Shown here: piece by piece, positions 1-10,100 of the stretch
How positions within the stretch are numbered: the first letter of the stretch is position 1
Layout of the letters: the number at the start of each line of letters is the position of its first letter
Assembly (NCBI GenBank): GCA_947039055.1
Contig: CAMQYB010000001.1
Coordinates: 1-38,428, forward strand
DNA: 38,428 nucleotides
Direction of reading: 5' to 3'
Origin: an uncultured Deferribacteraceae bacterium
GTDB lineage: Bacteria; Chrysiogenota; Deferribacteres; Deferribacterales; Mucispirillaceae
Notes under the pieces: generated by a model
What the model was told of the DNA's origin: nothing
Databases searched by the model: none
What the model saw: the letters and a program-made list of their open reading frames with translations, nothing else
Translations under genes and position numbers: made by a program

Positions 1-1061
1 ACATCTACTAATTTATACTCTAAACTGCCGAACTTAATTCTTTCAGCGTGTGTAAATTGATCTGTAGGATCAAGATGAGGCCAAGCCTCTTGAAATAAAT
101 CTTTGCCTGCTGTGTGGTTTATAATATCATAAGATGCTTTGTCTATTGCAACTGGATCGGTTGATGACATAAATCCTATATCGTGGATCATCGGAGCATC
201 GTTACCATCATGACAATCGCACGCTGGAACAATTGATGTTAATATATTTATGTAAATAGGAGGTTTTTTGTAATGATTATGAACAGCTGCAGCGTACTCA
301 ACTATTCTCTGTTGAAGCTTATCGCACGATACATCAAAATCAGATTGAATAGCAGTTTCAGGACAAGTTGCTATACATTTAGCACAACCTGTACAGTTAT
401 CATCAATCGTCGCTGTCTTAGATATCTTAATCGCTCCCCAATTACAAACAATCTTACATCTGCCACAAGCCGTACATTTATGAGGATTAACTGATGGTCT
501 TACATCTGAGTGCATATCCATTTTACCCTCTCTTGATGCACAACCCATTGCAAGGTTTTTTAACGCTCCACCGAAACCTGTCATCTCATGTCCTTTAAAA
601 TGTGAGACAACAAACAACTTATCAGCGTTTGCGATATCAGTTGCAATCTTCGCATCTGTACATACTATCGCATTCGGGATCGGTAGATTAATGCTATTCT
701 CACCCCTTAATCCATCTGCAATTATCACTGGAACTTGTAATGTAGAGTAATTAAATCCGTTAAGCATAGCGTTATGAAGATGATCAACTGAGTTTGTACG
801 CATACCTGTATATAAAGTGTTCGTATCTGTTAAAAATGGTTTAGCTTTAATTCTATTTAATATCTCTAAAATCGGACGTAAAAATATTGGGCGTAAAAAA
901 GCTGTGTTTCCTAACTCTCCAAAATGAACTTTTAATGCTACGATCTCATCTTTTTCATATAGATCAGTTATTCCAGCCCTATTTGCTAGCTTTTTGATCT
1001 TATTTAACGGAGATTTATGATTATTGCTTTTCATAGAAGAAAAATATACCACTGAACTCAT
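1..1061 (-). CDS. DUF362-family Fe-S protein with an embedded 2x[4Fe-4S] ferredoxin segment (partial; the C-terminus runs off the left edge)
   Basis: This gene is absent from the ORF track because it has no stop codon in the window. My hand translation of the reverse complement starts at the ATG at complement(1059..1061), with GAGGGTG just upstream. It reads MSSVVYFSSMKSNNHKSPLNKIKKLANRAGITDLYEKDEIVALKVHFGELGNTAFLRP...SHFKGHEMTGFGGALKNLAMGCASREGKM...CTACGRCKIVCNWGAI...CTGCAKCIATCPETAI...ACDCHDGNDAPM...ERIKFGSLEYKLVD. I checked the frame codon by codon for positions 3-59 and it stays open. It contains two CxxCxxCxxxC motifs and DUF362-type blocks. Confidence 0.8.
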   Translation of the reverse strand, partial: MSSVVYFSSMKSNNHKSPLNKIKKLANRAGITDLYEKDEIVALKVHFGELGNTAFLRPIFLRPILEILNRIKAKPFLTDTNTLYTGMRTNSVDHLHNAMLNGFNYSTLQVPVIIADGLRGENSINLPIPNAIVCTDAKIATDIANADKLFVVSHFKGHEMTGFGGALKNLAMGCASREGKMDMHSDVRPSVNPHKCTACGRCKIVCNWGAIKISKTATIDDNCTGCAKCIATCPETAIQSDFDVSCDKLQQRIVEYAAAVHNHYKKPPIYINILTSIVPACDCHDGNDAPMIHDIGFMSSTDPVAIDKASYDIINHTAGKDLFQEAWPHLDPTDQFTHAERIKFGSLEYKLVD

Positions 1062-1171
1062 TTTACACCCTCTTAATGATTTATTTCAATTATATTAGAT
1101 AACTACGACTATATTATAAGTTTTCTTAGCAAGAATAACAACTGTAAATATGAATATAGTCTAATTTTTTG

Positions 1172-1201
1172 TTGACAGAAGAGTAGGATTAATGATAAAA
1201 A
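1172..1201 (+). promoter_or_regulatory. Candidate sigma-70 promoter for the IclR-family gene
   Basis: TTGACA lies at 1172-1177 and an A/T-rich -10-like hexamer (ATAAAA/TAAAAA) follows 17-18 nt downstream, about 40 nt before the ATG at 1239. The -10 element is weak. Confidence 0.25.
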
Positions 1202-1238
1202 TAATACAGCGTTTTAAAAAAGAGAGCAATATAAAAAT

Positions 1239-2042
1239 ATGATAAATGATGCGACTGGCATTAAAAGAGCAAAAACAGACTACAAAGTCTTTGCCGTAAG
1301 TAACACGATAGCTATTTTAGAGTTATTAGGAGAGTTTGAGCAAGAACTCACTCTCTCTGAAATAAGCGATAGACTATCACTCACTAAAAGTAACACTTCT
1401 AAACTGTTAGCTACACTTGAAAATTTCGACTATGTTGAATACAATAGAAACAATGACAGCTTTACTCTAGGTGTTAAAACTTTTCAAATTGCACAAACTT
1501 ATATCAAAAAACTGAACGTAGCTGAAATTAGTTACCCTTACCTTAAAGAAATTACTGATATACTTGATGAATCAACTTATGTTGGTATAGTCGATAACGG
1601 TACAGTTGTTTATCTAAACATGGTGGATACATCTAAACCGATTAGATTAAAACCTCGTGTTGGACATATCGGACACGCCTATGCAACAGCAATCGGTAAA
1701 GCACAACTATCTAAGTTAGATAATCAAGAAATAGAAATCCTTTTTAGAGATGGATTTCAATCTGTTACAGAAAACACTGTTAAATCAATCAGCGATCTTA
1801 TAAAAAAACTAGATGTTATAAGAGATATCGGTTACGCTATCGATGATGAAGAGTTTGAAAAAGACGTTGTCTGTGTCGCAGTCCCTGTAATGGATTTTAT
1901 GGGCAAAGCAACTGCTGGAATCGGAGTGTCTGCACCTAAAGTTAGAATGAGTGATGAACGTATAGTAAATGAAATCGCACCTCTACTTATTAAAACAGCT
2001 ATGCAACTATCATTTAAATTCGGCTATAGCGAATCTAAATAA
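1239..2042 (+). CDS. IclR-family transcriptional regulator
   Basis: The 267-aa ORF has an N-terminal winged HTH (LTLSEISDRLSLTKSNTSKLLATLENFDYVEY). The C-terminal effector domain has the IclR-like pattern (...GHAYATAIGKAQLS...VCVAVPV...AGIGVSAP). Confidence 0.85.
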   Translation: MINDATGIKRAKTDYKVFAVSNTIAILELLGEFEQELTLSEISDRLSLTKSNTSKLLATLENFDYVEYNRNNDSFTLGVKTFQIAQTYIKKLNVAEISYPYLKEITDILDESTYVGIVDNGTVVYLNMVDTSKPIRLKPRVGHIGHAYATAIGKAQLSKLDNQEIEILFRDGFQSVTENTVKSISDLIKKLDVIRDIGYAIDDEEFEKDVVCVAVPVMDFMGKATAGIGVSAPKVRMSDERIVNEIAPLLIKTAMQLSFKFGYSESK

Positions 2043-2231
2043 TCTTTCAACTGTTTACTGTTTAAAAATTATAATAGTTATCAATATTTTAATAAATATA
2101 ACACCTCTACACACTTAAAAATCTAAACCCTTACATATTTAAAATATAAATAACTATTATAATTTTTATAACTTTATAATCATTATCTAATTCTCCATTC
2201 TCAAAAAAACCTTAAACCTATATAATAATTT

Positions 2232-2306
2232 ATAACCGTTAGTCAAACCATATAACTATTTATCTAAGCCATGATAACTATTTATTTAATCCATGATAAC
2301 CGTTAT
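2232..2306. repeat. Four helically phased ATAAC-containing direct repeats (CCATRATAACYRTTWAT type)
   Basis: ATAAC starts at 2232, 2252, 2274 and 2296, giving spacings of 20, 22 and 22 bp. The longer copies are CCATATAACTATTTAT (2248-2263), CCATGATAACTATTTAT (2269-2285) and CCATGATAACCGTTAT (2291-2306). ATAACcGTTAT (2296-2306) is an inverted repeat, and an imperfect copy lies at 2232-2242. Confidence 0.55.
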
Positions 2307-2569
2307 TCATACGGCATTAAGTATTTAAATTGTTGAAATTCTCAAATATTCAATATCTCAATCTCTATCATTTATCCAATATCATAACCTTCTATAATTC
2401 CGCAAATATATATCTAAAACCTTTAGTAATTAAAACCCTTTGATCTATTCAAGACTATATCAATATATAAAAATATTCAAAAGATTATAACTACTATCTA
2501 TAAGTATTCACTTACAATCAATTAAAACCATCAATTATATCTTTATATAATCACTATTTTTTAATCCTA

Positions 2570-2585
2570 TGGCATAATAATTGCT
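2570..2585 (+). promoter_or_regulatory. Sigma-54 (RpoN) -24/-12 promoter upstream of flgI
   Basis: TGGCATaataaTTGCT matches the TGGCAC-N5-TTGCW consensus. The GG (2571-2572) and GC (2583-2584) are exactly 12 nt apart. The element lies 34 nt upstream of the flgI ATG at 2619. Confidence 0.55.
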
Positions 2586-2618
2586 TGCTTACACATATTA
2601 TTTTAAAACGGATGTGCA

Positions 2619-3710
2619 ATGTTTAAAAGATTAATAGCTTTTACCCTTATTATTATTGTTATTTCCTTTGTTAAATCTTCAGCTGGAGTTAAGCTTAGAG
2701 ATATAGCATCGGTTGAAGGCATAAGAAATAACCAATTGTTTGGTTACGGTCTTGTTGCTGGTCTTAACGGTACTGGCGATAAACAGGGTACTGAATTTAC
2801 TATTCAATCATTAGTAAATATGTTGGACAGATTAGGTATCACTGTTCCTCAAAACGATGTACGTGTTAAAAACGTTGCAGCTGTTATGGTTACAGCTAAA
2901 CTTCCTCCGTTTGCTAAAACAGGTTCGCTTATTGATGTAACTATATCATCAGTTGGCGATTCATCATCGCTTGAAGGTGGAACTTTACTACTAACTCCTT
3001 TAGCTGCTGCAAACGGACAAGTTTATGCAGTTGCACAAGGTCCTTTATCTATTGGTGGATTAAACAGCACTAGCGAAGATGGTGTTGAACATCATCCTAC
3101 AGTTGGAATAATTCCAGGTGGAGCTACTGTGGAGAAAGAAGTTGAATTTGTTATGGACACATCTGTTATAAGTATCTCTTTCACTGGAAGAGGAATAGCT
3201 GATGTTGTACAAGCTAAATCAGCGATCAATAGTTTTATCGGTGTGGATATTGCACAAATAGAAAATCCATCAACAATAAGGGTCGCTATACCGATAGAGT
3301 TTGAGCCTAGATATTATGATTTCATGAGCTCATTATTAAATATTGAAATTCAACCTGAAGCGTTTGCAAAAGTTATTATAGATGAAAGAACTGGAACTGT
3401 TGTTATGGGTTCTGATGTGAAAATAAGTGCAATAGCTATTTCACACGGTAACCTTAGTATAACAATATCTGACCAGTTAGATATTAGAAAAGCACCAACT
3501 GCTGATATAGATCAACCTTTACAGCCTCAGCCTGATAATCCAAATCCAGCAACTGAACAGGTTAGAGTTGTGATGATGCCTGAAGCTGTAACTATATCTG
3601 ATCTTGTTAAAGCATTAAACGCATTAGGGGTTTCGCCTAGAAACTTGATATCAATATTACAAGCAGTTAAATCTGCTGGTGCATTATATGCCGACTTGGA
3701 GATTATGTAA
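2619..3710 (+). CDS. flgI: Flagellar P-ring protein FlgI
   Basis: The 363-aa ORF has a signal peptide (MFKRLIAFTLIIIVISFVKSSAG). It carries FlgI hallmarks: LRDIASVEGIRNNQLFGYGLVAGLNGTGD, TPLAAANGQVYAVAQGPLSIGG and a C-terminal LVKALNALGVSPRNLISILQAVKSAGALYADLEIM. Confidence 0.95.
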   Translation: MFKRLIAFTLIIIVISFVKSSAGVKLRDIASVEGIRNNQLFGYGLVAGLNGTGDKQGTEFTIQSLVNMLDRLGITVPQNDVRVKNVAAVMVTAKLPPFAKTGSLIDVTISSVGDSSSLEGGTLLLTPLAAANGQVYAVAQGPLSIGGLNSTSEDGVEHHPTVGIIPGGATVEKEVEFVMDTSVISISFTGRGIADVVQAKSAINSFIGVDIAQIENPSTIRVAIPIEFEPRYYDFMSSLLNIEIQPEAFAKVIIDERTGTVVMGSDVKISAIAISHGNLSITISDQLDIRKAPTADIDQPLQPQPDNPNPATEQVRVVMMPEAVTISDLVKALNALGVSPRNLISILQAVKSAGALYADLEIM

Positions 3711-4183
3711 TGACAGTTAATAACAGTAATAATAAAAATGTATTAGAGTTAGGTAGCAATAGCAAAGCTAAAAATATAAGTGCTAGCGATCAAAAAAAAC
3801 AGGCTGAACTTAAAGAAGCAACAGCTGCGTTTGAAGGTATGTTTCTATCTATGATGATGAAAACAATGAGAAAAGCATCTGAATCTTTTGAATCAACATT
3901 AGTTAAAAAAAGTAATGCTGAAGATATATTTACTGAAATGTTAGATAATGAATATGTAGATCTTATCACTAAATCACCTGATACTGGACTTGGTAACTCA
4001 TTGTACCAATACCTTGTTGATACAACTGATGAGTATAGTGGACTTAGAGAAACTAATAAAAATGATGCTAATAAAAAGAACGATATTAGCAAACATAACC
4101 TTCAATCGGTTAATAAATTAAAAGAAATGGAGTCTTTGAAAACAGAGGACTCATTACTGAATTTGAAATATAGTATTAAGTAA
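3710..4183 (+). CDS. flgJ: Rod-binding FlgJ-like protein (no muramidase domain)
   Basis: The 157-aa ORF starts in the TAATG overlap with the flgI stop. It has the rod-binding motif ELKEATAAFEGMFLSMMMKTMRK...FTEMLDNEY. The C-terminal half is an N/K-rich low-complexity region with no glucosaminidase region. Confidence 0.8.
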   Translation: MTVNNSNNKNVLELGSNSKAKNISASDQKKQAELKEATAAFEGMFLSMMMKTMRKASESFESTLVKKSNAEDIFTEMLDNEYVDLITKSPDTGLGNSLYQYLVDTTDEYSGLRETNKNDANKKNDISKHNLQSVNKLKEMESLKTEDSLLNLKYSIK

Positions 4184-4352
4184 AATATGACCAGAAAAGA
4201 AAATGGTTATGATTATAAATAAGTTAAACTTGTTAGAGACGTTTGTTCTATAGTGTGTTAGATATTTTAATTGATAAGATTTTGAAATTATAATATACTG
4301 ACAACCTATTCACAAATGTTTGTAGAGATTATTTTAGAGAGGATTAGTAAAT

Positions 4353-4673
4353 ATGAAAATTAACAACAACCTGCCATTTATACGTAAAGATAGTGCTAAC
4401 TCTTCTTCTAAAAATGTATCGTCTAAAAGTAGCAACGCTTACAGTACAGCTGAGTCAAAACCAGCTACGCAAGCGACTGCGAAAGATACAGTACAGCTCT
4501 CATCTAACAGCAAACTTCTCAAAGATATGGTACAGCAACTTAAAGATATGCCCGATCCACGCAAAGCGCTTATTGATGAGTTACGTACAAGTGTTGCTAA
4601 TGGAACATATAATGTTTCTAGTAAAAGTATCGCTGAGAGTATTGTAAATAAAGTTTATGCGAAACCTTCTTAG
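4353..4673 (+). CDS. flgM: Anti-sigma-28 factor FlgM
   Basis: The 106-aa ORF has an S/N-rich, likely disordered N-terminus. The FlgM-type C-terminus reads ...RKALIDELRTSVANGTYNVSSKSIAESIVNK. GAGGAT lies 8 nt before the ATG, and the gene sits immediately upstream of flgN-flgK. Confidence 0.8.
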   Translation: MKINNNLPFIRKDSANSSSKNVSSKSSNAYSTAESKPATQATAKDTVQLSSNSKLLKDMVQQLKDMPDPRKALIDELRTSVANGTYNVSSKSIAESIVNKVYAKPS

Positions 4674-4759
4674 ATTAAACTTTATCTAAAATAGTTCTAC
4701 TTATTTATTGTCATTTAAATCCAGAGTCTTTTGTATGATTACAGAGGAGGTACTGAATT

Positions 4760-5233
4760 ATGGCGTCTATCAATACACTAAAAGAGTTACTCAGATCACA
4801 AATTTCTTTATATACAGAGATAATTGAAGTTCTTACTAAAGAGAAAAATGCAATAGTTACATGGGATTTTAGCGAGACGAATACTCTTTTAGCAAAAAAA
4901 GAAAAACTTATCCATAAAGAAAAATTATTAGAAGAAGCTAGAAAATCTCTAGCTGAAAGAGTGAAAACTGAGCTAAATGCTAAAGACAATACATTATCTT
5001 CTATTATAGAGGTTGCACCTGAAGAGGATAAAGATGAGCTAGCTTTAATTAAAAAAGAGTTTCAAAAGATAGTTGTTGGTATCAATAACGAATCTATGGC
5101 ATTGAAAATACTCTATTCAACAAATATAAAAGTTATGAATGGTTTGTATACGCAGTTAGGTATCCTTTCTAGTAATACTTATGATAAAAAAAAGTCAAAC
5201 AACTCTGCATCGTCAGTCCAGATAATGGGTTGA
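4760..5233 (+). CDS. flgN: FlgN-family flagellar export chaperone
   Basis: The 157-aa ORF is helical and begins ELLRSQISLYTEIIEVLTKEKNAIVTWDF, which is typical of FlgN. It lies between flgM and flgK and has a GAGGAGG RBS. Confidence 0.7.
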   Translation: MASINTLKELLRSQISLYTEIIEVLTKEKNAIVTWDFSETNTLLAKKEKLIHKEKLLEEARKSLAERVKTELNAKDNTLSSIIEVAPEEDKDELALIKKEFQKIVVGINNESMALKILYSTNIKVMNGLYTQLGILSSNTYDKKKSNNSASSVQIMG

Positions 5234-5264
5234 TTATAATTTATAATGTAAGGAGTCTTTTATT

Positions 5265-7010
5265 ATGAGTAATCTTTTTGGAATGTTATATACTGGCGTG
5301 TCTGGGATCATGGCTGCTCAAGTTGGCATGGATGTTGTCGGTAATAACTTAAATAACCTACTAACACCTGGATATTCTAGACAGATGGTTTCTATTCAAT
5401 CAAAACAACCGATACCAACTATTTATGGACCTATGGGAACTGGTGCTGAAGTAACTGGTATCACTAGAGCACATGATGAGTTATTAACAAAAGCTGTAAG
5501 GTCAGAAAGTTCTTCATATAATTATTTTGCATCAATGCAGAGTAGTTTAGGTGAAGCAATGCTTTATTTTAACGAGTTAGAAACTGGAGCTGGATTAGGC
5601 GATCCATTAAAACAATATTTTAGCGCATGGCAGGAACTATCTTCAACAGCTCCCGATAATACCGATGATGCAGCTACAAAAAAATATGCACTCTTAGAAA
5701 AATCTGAAACTCTTGCAAGACAATTAAGAGAGGGTTACGGATCAATAGAAAAAGTACAAGGTAATATAGATACAAAACTTACAAGTAATGTTCAACAGAT
5801 GAATGATATCATATCTAATATAGCGATACTAAATACCTCTATACTATCATCTGAAGCAGGTGCTGGACAAGCAAATGATTTAAGAGATCAAAGAGATCTT
5901 CTTGTTGATCAACTTTCAACATTTGCATCAGTTGTTACAAATGAAAATGAAAACGGACAGATATCTGTATTTATCGGTGGACAAGTTGTTGTTGATAGAG
6001 ATATGGCTCATAAACTTGAGGCGTTACCTAATCCTAAAAAGGATGGTGCTCTTGATCTTTATTTCTCACCTGTCTTAGGGGTTGGTACTGTAAGCAATGC
6101 CGAACCAGTTAATATAACTGAAAGTTTAATAGGTGGATCAATAGCTGGTGATATCAAGACAAGAGATGAACTTTTAGAAGGATATCTTGGAGAACTTGAT
6201 GTTATTGCTAGAGCTCTTATCAATGAAACAAATAAATCACATGTTTTAGGACAAGGATCAATACGATTTGATCAACTATCAGGTACTAACTCTGTAGGTA
6301 ATGCCACATCTACATTGGATAGTGAGGTAGGAAAACTTCCTTTTGATATAAAAAAGGGATCTTTTTCTATAGATGTCTATGATAAAGATGGCAAAGTGAT
6401 AAATACGATATCAATAGATGTTGATCCGTCAAAAGATACATTAGCTTCAATAGCTGATAAAGTAAACTCATCAGGCGGTTTGATAGGTGCGACTATCGGT
6501 GAGGATAATAACCTTGAATTACACTCTAATTCAGGAAACACATTCGGTTTTTCAGCAGATACATCAGGATTTCTAGCAGCAGCTGGACTAAACACATTCT
6601 TTGCAGGAACATCTGCAAAAGATATCGATATAACAGAACTTATTAAAGATGATCAAGACTATATAGCAACAGGTTCTTCAGGTGCACCAGGGGATAATAG
6701 TGTTGCAAAAAATATTGCAGGACTACAGTTTAAATCATTAGAAGGTACGTCTGGTAGAACAATCGGTGAAGCATACGGTTTCTTTATTGGTATGTTGGCA
6801 TCTGATAAATCTCAAATTGACACATTTACAAAAACTAAAGAGTTATCATTTCAGCAGAGTGTTATGAGAAATGAAAGCGTTAGAGGCGTAAGTGAGAATG
6901 AAGAGATAACCAACCTAACTTTATTTCAAAGAACTTTTGAAGCTAACTCAAGATATATTAATGTTATTGATGAAATGATCAATACTGTTGTAAATGGTTT
7001 AGGTGCTTAA
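5265..7010 (+). CDS. flgK: Flagellar hook-associated protein 1 FlgK
   Basis: The 581-aa ORF has the N-terminus MSNLFGMLYTGVSGIMAAQVGMDVVGNNLNNLLTPGYSRQ and the C-terminus GVSENEEITNLTLFQRTFEANSRYINVIDEMINTVVN. Both are the conserved FlgK rod/hook-type terminal helices. Confidence 0.93.
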   Translation: MSNLFGMLYTGVSGIMAAQVGMDVVGNNLNNLLTPGYSRQMVSIQSKQPIPTIYGPMGTGAEVTGITRAHDELLTKAVRSESSSYNYFASMQSSLGEAMLYFNELETGAGLGDPLKQYFSAWQELSSTAPDNTDDAATKKYALLEKSETLARQLREGYGSIEKVQGNIDTKLTSNVQQMNDIISNIAILNTSILSSEAGAGQANDLRDQRDLLVDQLSTFASVVTNENENGQISVFIGGQVVVDRDMAHKLEALPNPKKDGALDLYFSPVLGVGTVSNAEPVNITESLIGGSIAGDIKTRDELLEGYLGELDVIARALINETNKSHVLGQGSIRFDQLSGTNSVGNATSTLDSEVGKLPFDIKKGSFSIDVYDKDGKVINTISIDVDPSKDTLASIADKVNSSGGLIGATIGEDNNLELHSNSGNTFGFSADTSGFLAAAGLNTFFAGTSAKDIDITELIKDDQDYIATGSSGAPGDNSVAKNIAGLQFKSLEGTSGRTIGEAYGFFIGMLASDKSQIDTFTKTKELSFQQSVMRNESVRGVSENEEITNLTLFQRTFEANSRYINVIDEMINTVVNGLGA

Positions 7011-7111
7011 GAATAGCCTACTTATAATTAATTGTTAAATTAACTATTTAAGTAGTGGCAGATAGTATATTTAAAATTGATTAATAAATTAATAATATAA
7101 GGGTATAAAAT

Positions 7112-10100
7112 ATGAGAATTACATTTAATATGATGTCGATGAAACATAATAGCTCGATAAGTTCATCTTTGGCTAATATGCTTGCAGCTGGTGATAGAGT
7201 TAACGCACAACAAGATCTTTTAAAACCAGAACAGAATGCTTCTGGCTATGTTTCTGCTTATAATGTACAAAGAACAATTGATGAACTTAACCAGTTTAAA
7301 GAAAATGGTGAATCGGCAACTGGTTGGATTTCAAATAGTGAAACAATATTAACAGATGCGTTAGAGAAACTTAAGAAAGTTAAAGCTGATTTTGCAATTG
7401 GTGGTGCGAATGCAACAAATGATGCTGATGCAAGAGCTGCAATGGCAAAAGAAGTTGCAACAATTATGGAAGATCTAATGGGATATGCCAATAGTACTTA
7501 TCTTGGCAGACATATATTTGGTGGGTTTCAAACTGAGACTCCACCTTTTTCTGGTAGTGGAAGTTCTATTTCAAACGTATCATCAAGTATCCTTGGGGCA
7601 GATAGTATCGATAATATACCTGTGTTTTCAGATTTAGGTGAATTAGCCTCTGGAGCTTATAGAACAAAAATAAGCGTTGTTAACGGTATAGCAACTGTGA
7701 GTGTGCTTGATTCTAGTGGTAAACCTGTCGTGCTTGATTCTAATGGATCTGATGAAGCAAATAAAAAAGGAAATGCTACATCTGATACCTTATCATTTAA
7801 ATATGAGCCTGGTAAGGTTGTAAATACAGGACTTGGTTTCTCTATTCAAATGCCTGATAAGGAAATTACCAATGCCGATATAACTGTTGGATTTAATTAT
7901 AAAGCTGGATCAGAAGTTAGTTATGCTGGAGATATGGGTTCTATATTATCACAGATAGGATACGATCAGAATATTGCAAAAAACATACCTGGTAGTGATA
8001 TATTTATGCAATCATTCAAAACATTACTATCTACAAAAGTATTAACATCTAACGGTTCATTAGCTAATCTTGCAACACTATTATCGGAACTTGATGGAAA
8101 CAATTTTGCAACTGGCGATTCTATGAATATCTCAGGAACAGATAGCCATGGACGACCTGTTGGTGCTGCAACAATCGTATCTCCTATTAATCCTACACTA
8201 AATCATACCAATACAACTGATGAAGAGAGAACTTTAAAAGTTGCATACGGTAACAAAATGTATCAAGTTGTTATTCCTAAAGGAGATTATAAATCAGCTG
8301 ATAAATTAGCTGAAGCTGTGCAAGAACAGTTAAAGACTGCTGAATATATCGGATCTGTAAATGTTCCTGCTGATGGATATGATGAATTAAATGATTTCAA
8401 AAACTCAATAGAGCAACAGATAGATAGCGGTTATTTTACTCCAGCAACTGGAGATGAGAAGAAAAAGACAGTTGATCTTTCTAAGGATATATCAGTTACT
8501 GCTGATGGTGATAGATTATCATTTTACACAAGTAAAGCAGGTGATAATGTTCAACTTGCTATATCTGGTTCTGAGGGAAGCGATTTAGGGTTTACAGACT
8601 CTGTAACTGTTGCTGAAGGTAAAGATACTCAATTTGACTTTGGAACAACATATAATAATAACGGTATAGAGAATATTAGCACTGAACACTCTAATATGGA
8701 TTTCTCTGCAGGTGGAAAGTTTGATTTCTTTATAAACGGTAAGCCTGTATCAGTAAATCTTCCTGCACGAGGCCCTGTAACAACTACTGATGTTTCAGCA
8801 ACTACTGTATATGATGGAACAACTGATTTCAACATAACAATAAATGGAAAAAATATTAAAGTCCCTGCTGCAGAACTTAATGGTAAAACAGTTGCTGATC
8901 AAGAAAAAATAATAAATCAAAAATTGATAGATTCAGGATTTGGTGGAAGTAACTCAATAAGTTTAACAGCTCCAGTAGCACCTGCTACAACATATACTGT
9001 TGATCTAAATAGTGCGACTGCTCCAACTAAGAAAGATATAGAGTTCGAACTTCAATCTGCATTAAATTCTGCAGGGTTTACTGGTGATATATCTGCTTCA
9101 TTAAATTCGGTAAATAGTTCTGATCCTAACGATCTTGGTAAGTTTGATCTTTCATTTGCTGTTGTTAATAACAATATTAATGACTCAACTCAGATCAATA
9201 CCGTTTACTTCGATAAGAATGCTGTTCCACCTTATAAAGATATGCAGACGGATATACCAACTATTAAACAAACTCCTGGTCAAAATAATACTACCATGGG
9301 CGACTATATGAAATTCTTGAATAACTTATACGGTGAGACTGCTACAGTTTCATTGGTTGAGGGCAAGATACAAGTCAAAGATAAGCGTAGTGGAGAAAAC
9401 AGTGAATTAACTTTCTTTCAAAACTCAACAGAGTCTGGACTTCAATCTACTACTGATAACGACCTAGTAATAGGTGGAAAATACCGTGGACAAGGTGATG
9501 TTACTTGGGGTATTGATATGACTAACAGTGTAAGTACTGATGGTACTAGAACTGTTCATATATCTATTAAAGATGTTAACGGTATTGAAGTTTATAATCA
9601 AAAAGTTGATAACTATCTGGGTGGAGAGATAACATTACCAAGTGGTGTTACAATAACGCCTAATGAAAACCAGTTTCCAACTCCTCCTGAAACAAGCTTA
9701 ACAACTTCTTTTAACCTAGATCTTATCGATGATACAAAAGCATCTCTTGGAATAATGAAAGTTACTGATAATGGTAGTAATGATAATATGTTTAGAGTAT
9801 TAACAAATTTAGAGAACGCATTGAAATATAACATTGATTCAACTGAAAATGGTATCGGTGCATTTGGAGCATGGGGCAATGCATCGCTTGGATCAACTGC
9901 TACGCCGTCCTTTGATGGAACATATAAAGGAAATTATAACGATAGCTGGAAATATGAAATAATGCAAAACGGTTCTCAAGATGATTTTTATATTCAAAAT
10001 GAGTCTTACTCAACGTCTGGTAAAACTGCTTTTGATCAAAATCTAATTAACGATTTAGGTGGTGAAATATCTTTTGGTGTTAATATGTATGATAATGTTA

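Noticed and set aside
273-494. A 73-aa + strand ORF from the supplied track.
   Set aside because: It lies antisense inside the long, edge-truncated minus-strand DUF362/ferredoxin gene (1..1061). Its product is a low-complexity sequence with no motif, and it has no RBS.
7040-7075. Sigma-28-like (TAAA...GCAGATAG) and sigma-54-like (TGGCAG) elements upstream of flgL.
   Set aside because: TAAA to GCAGATAG is 18 nt apart rather than about 15, and the -10 matches only 6/8. TGGCAG is followed at the -12 position by ATAT, not TTGC. Neither meets its consensus geometry.
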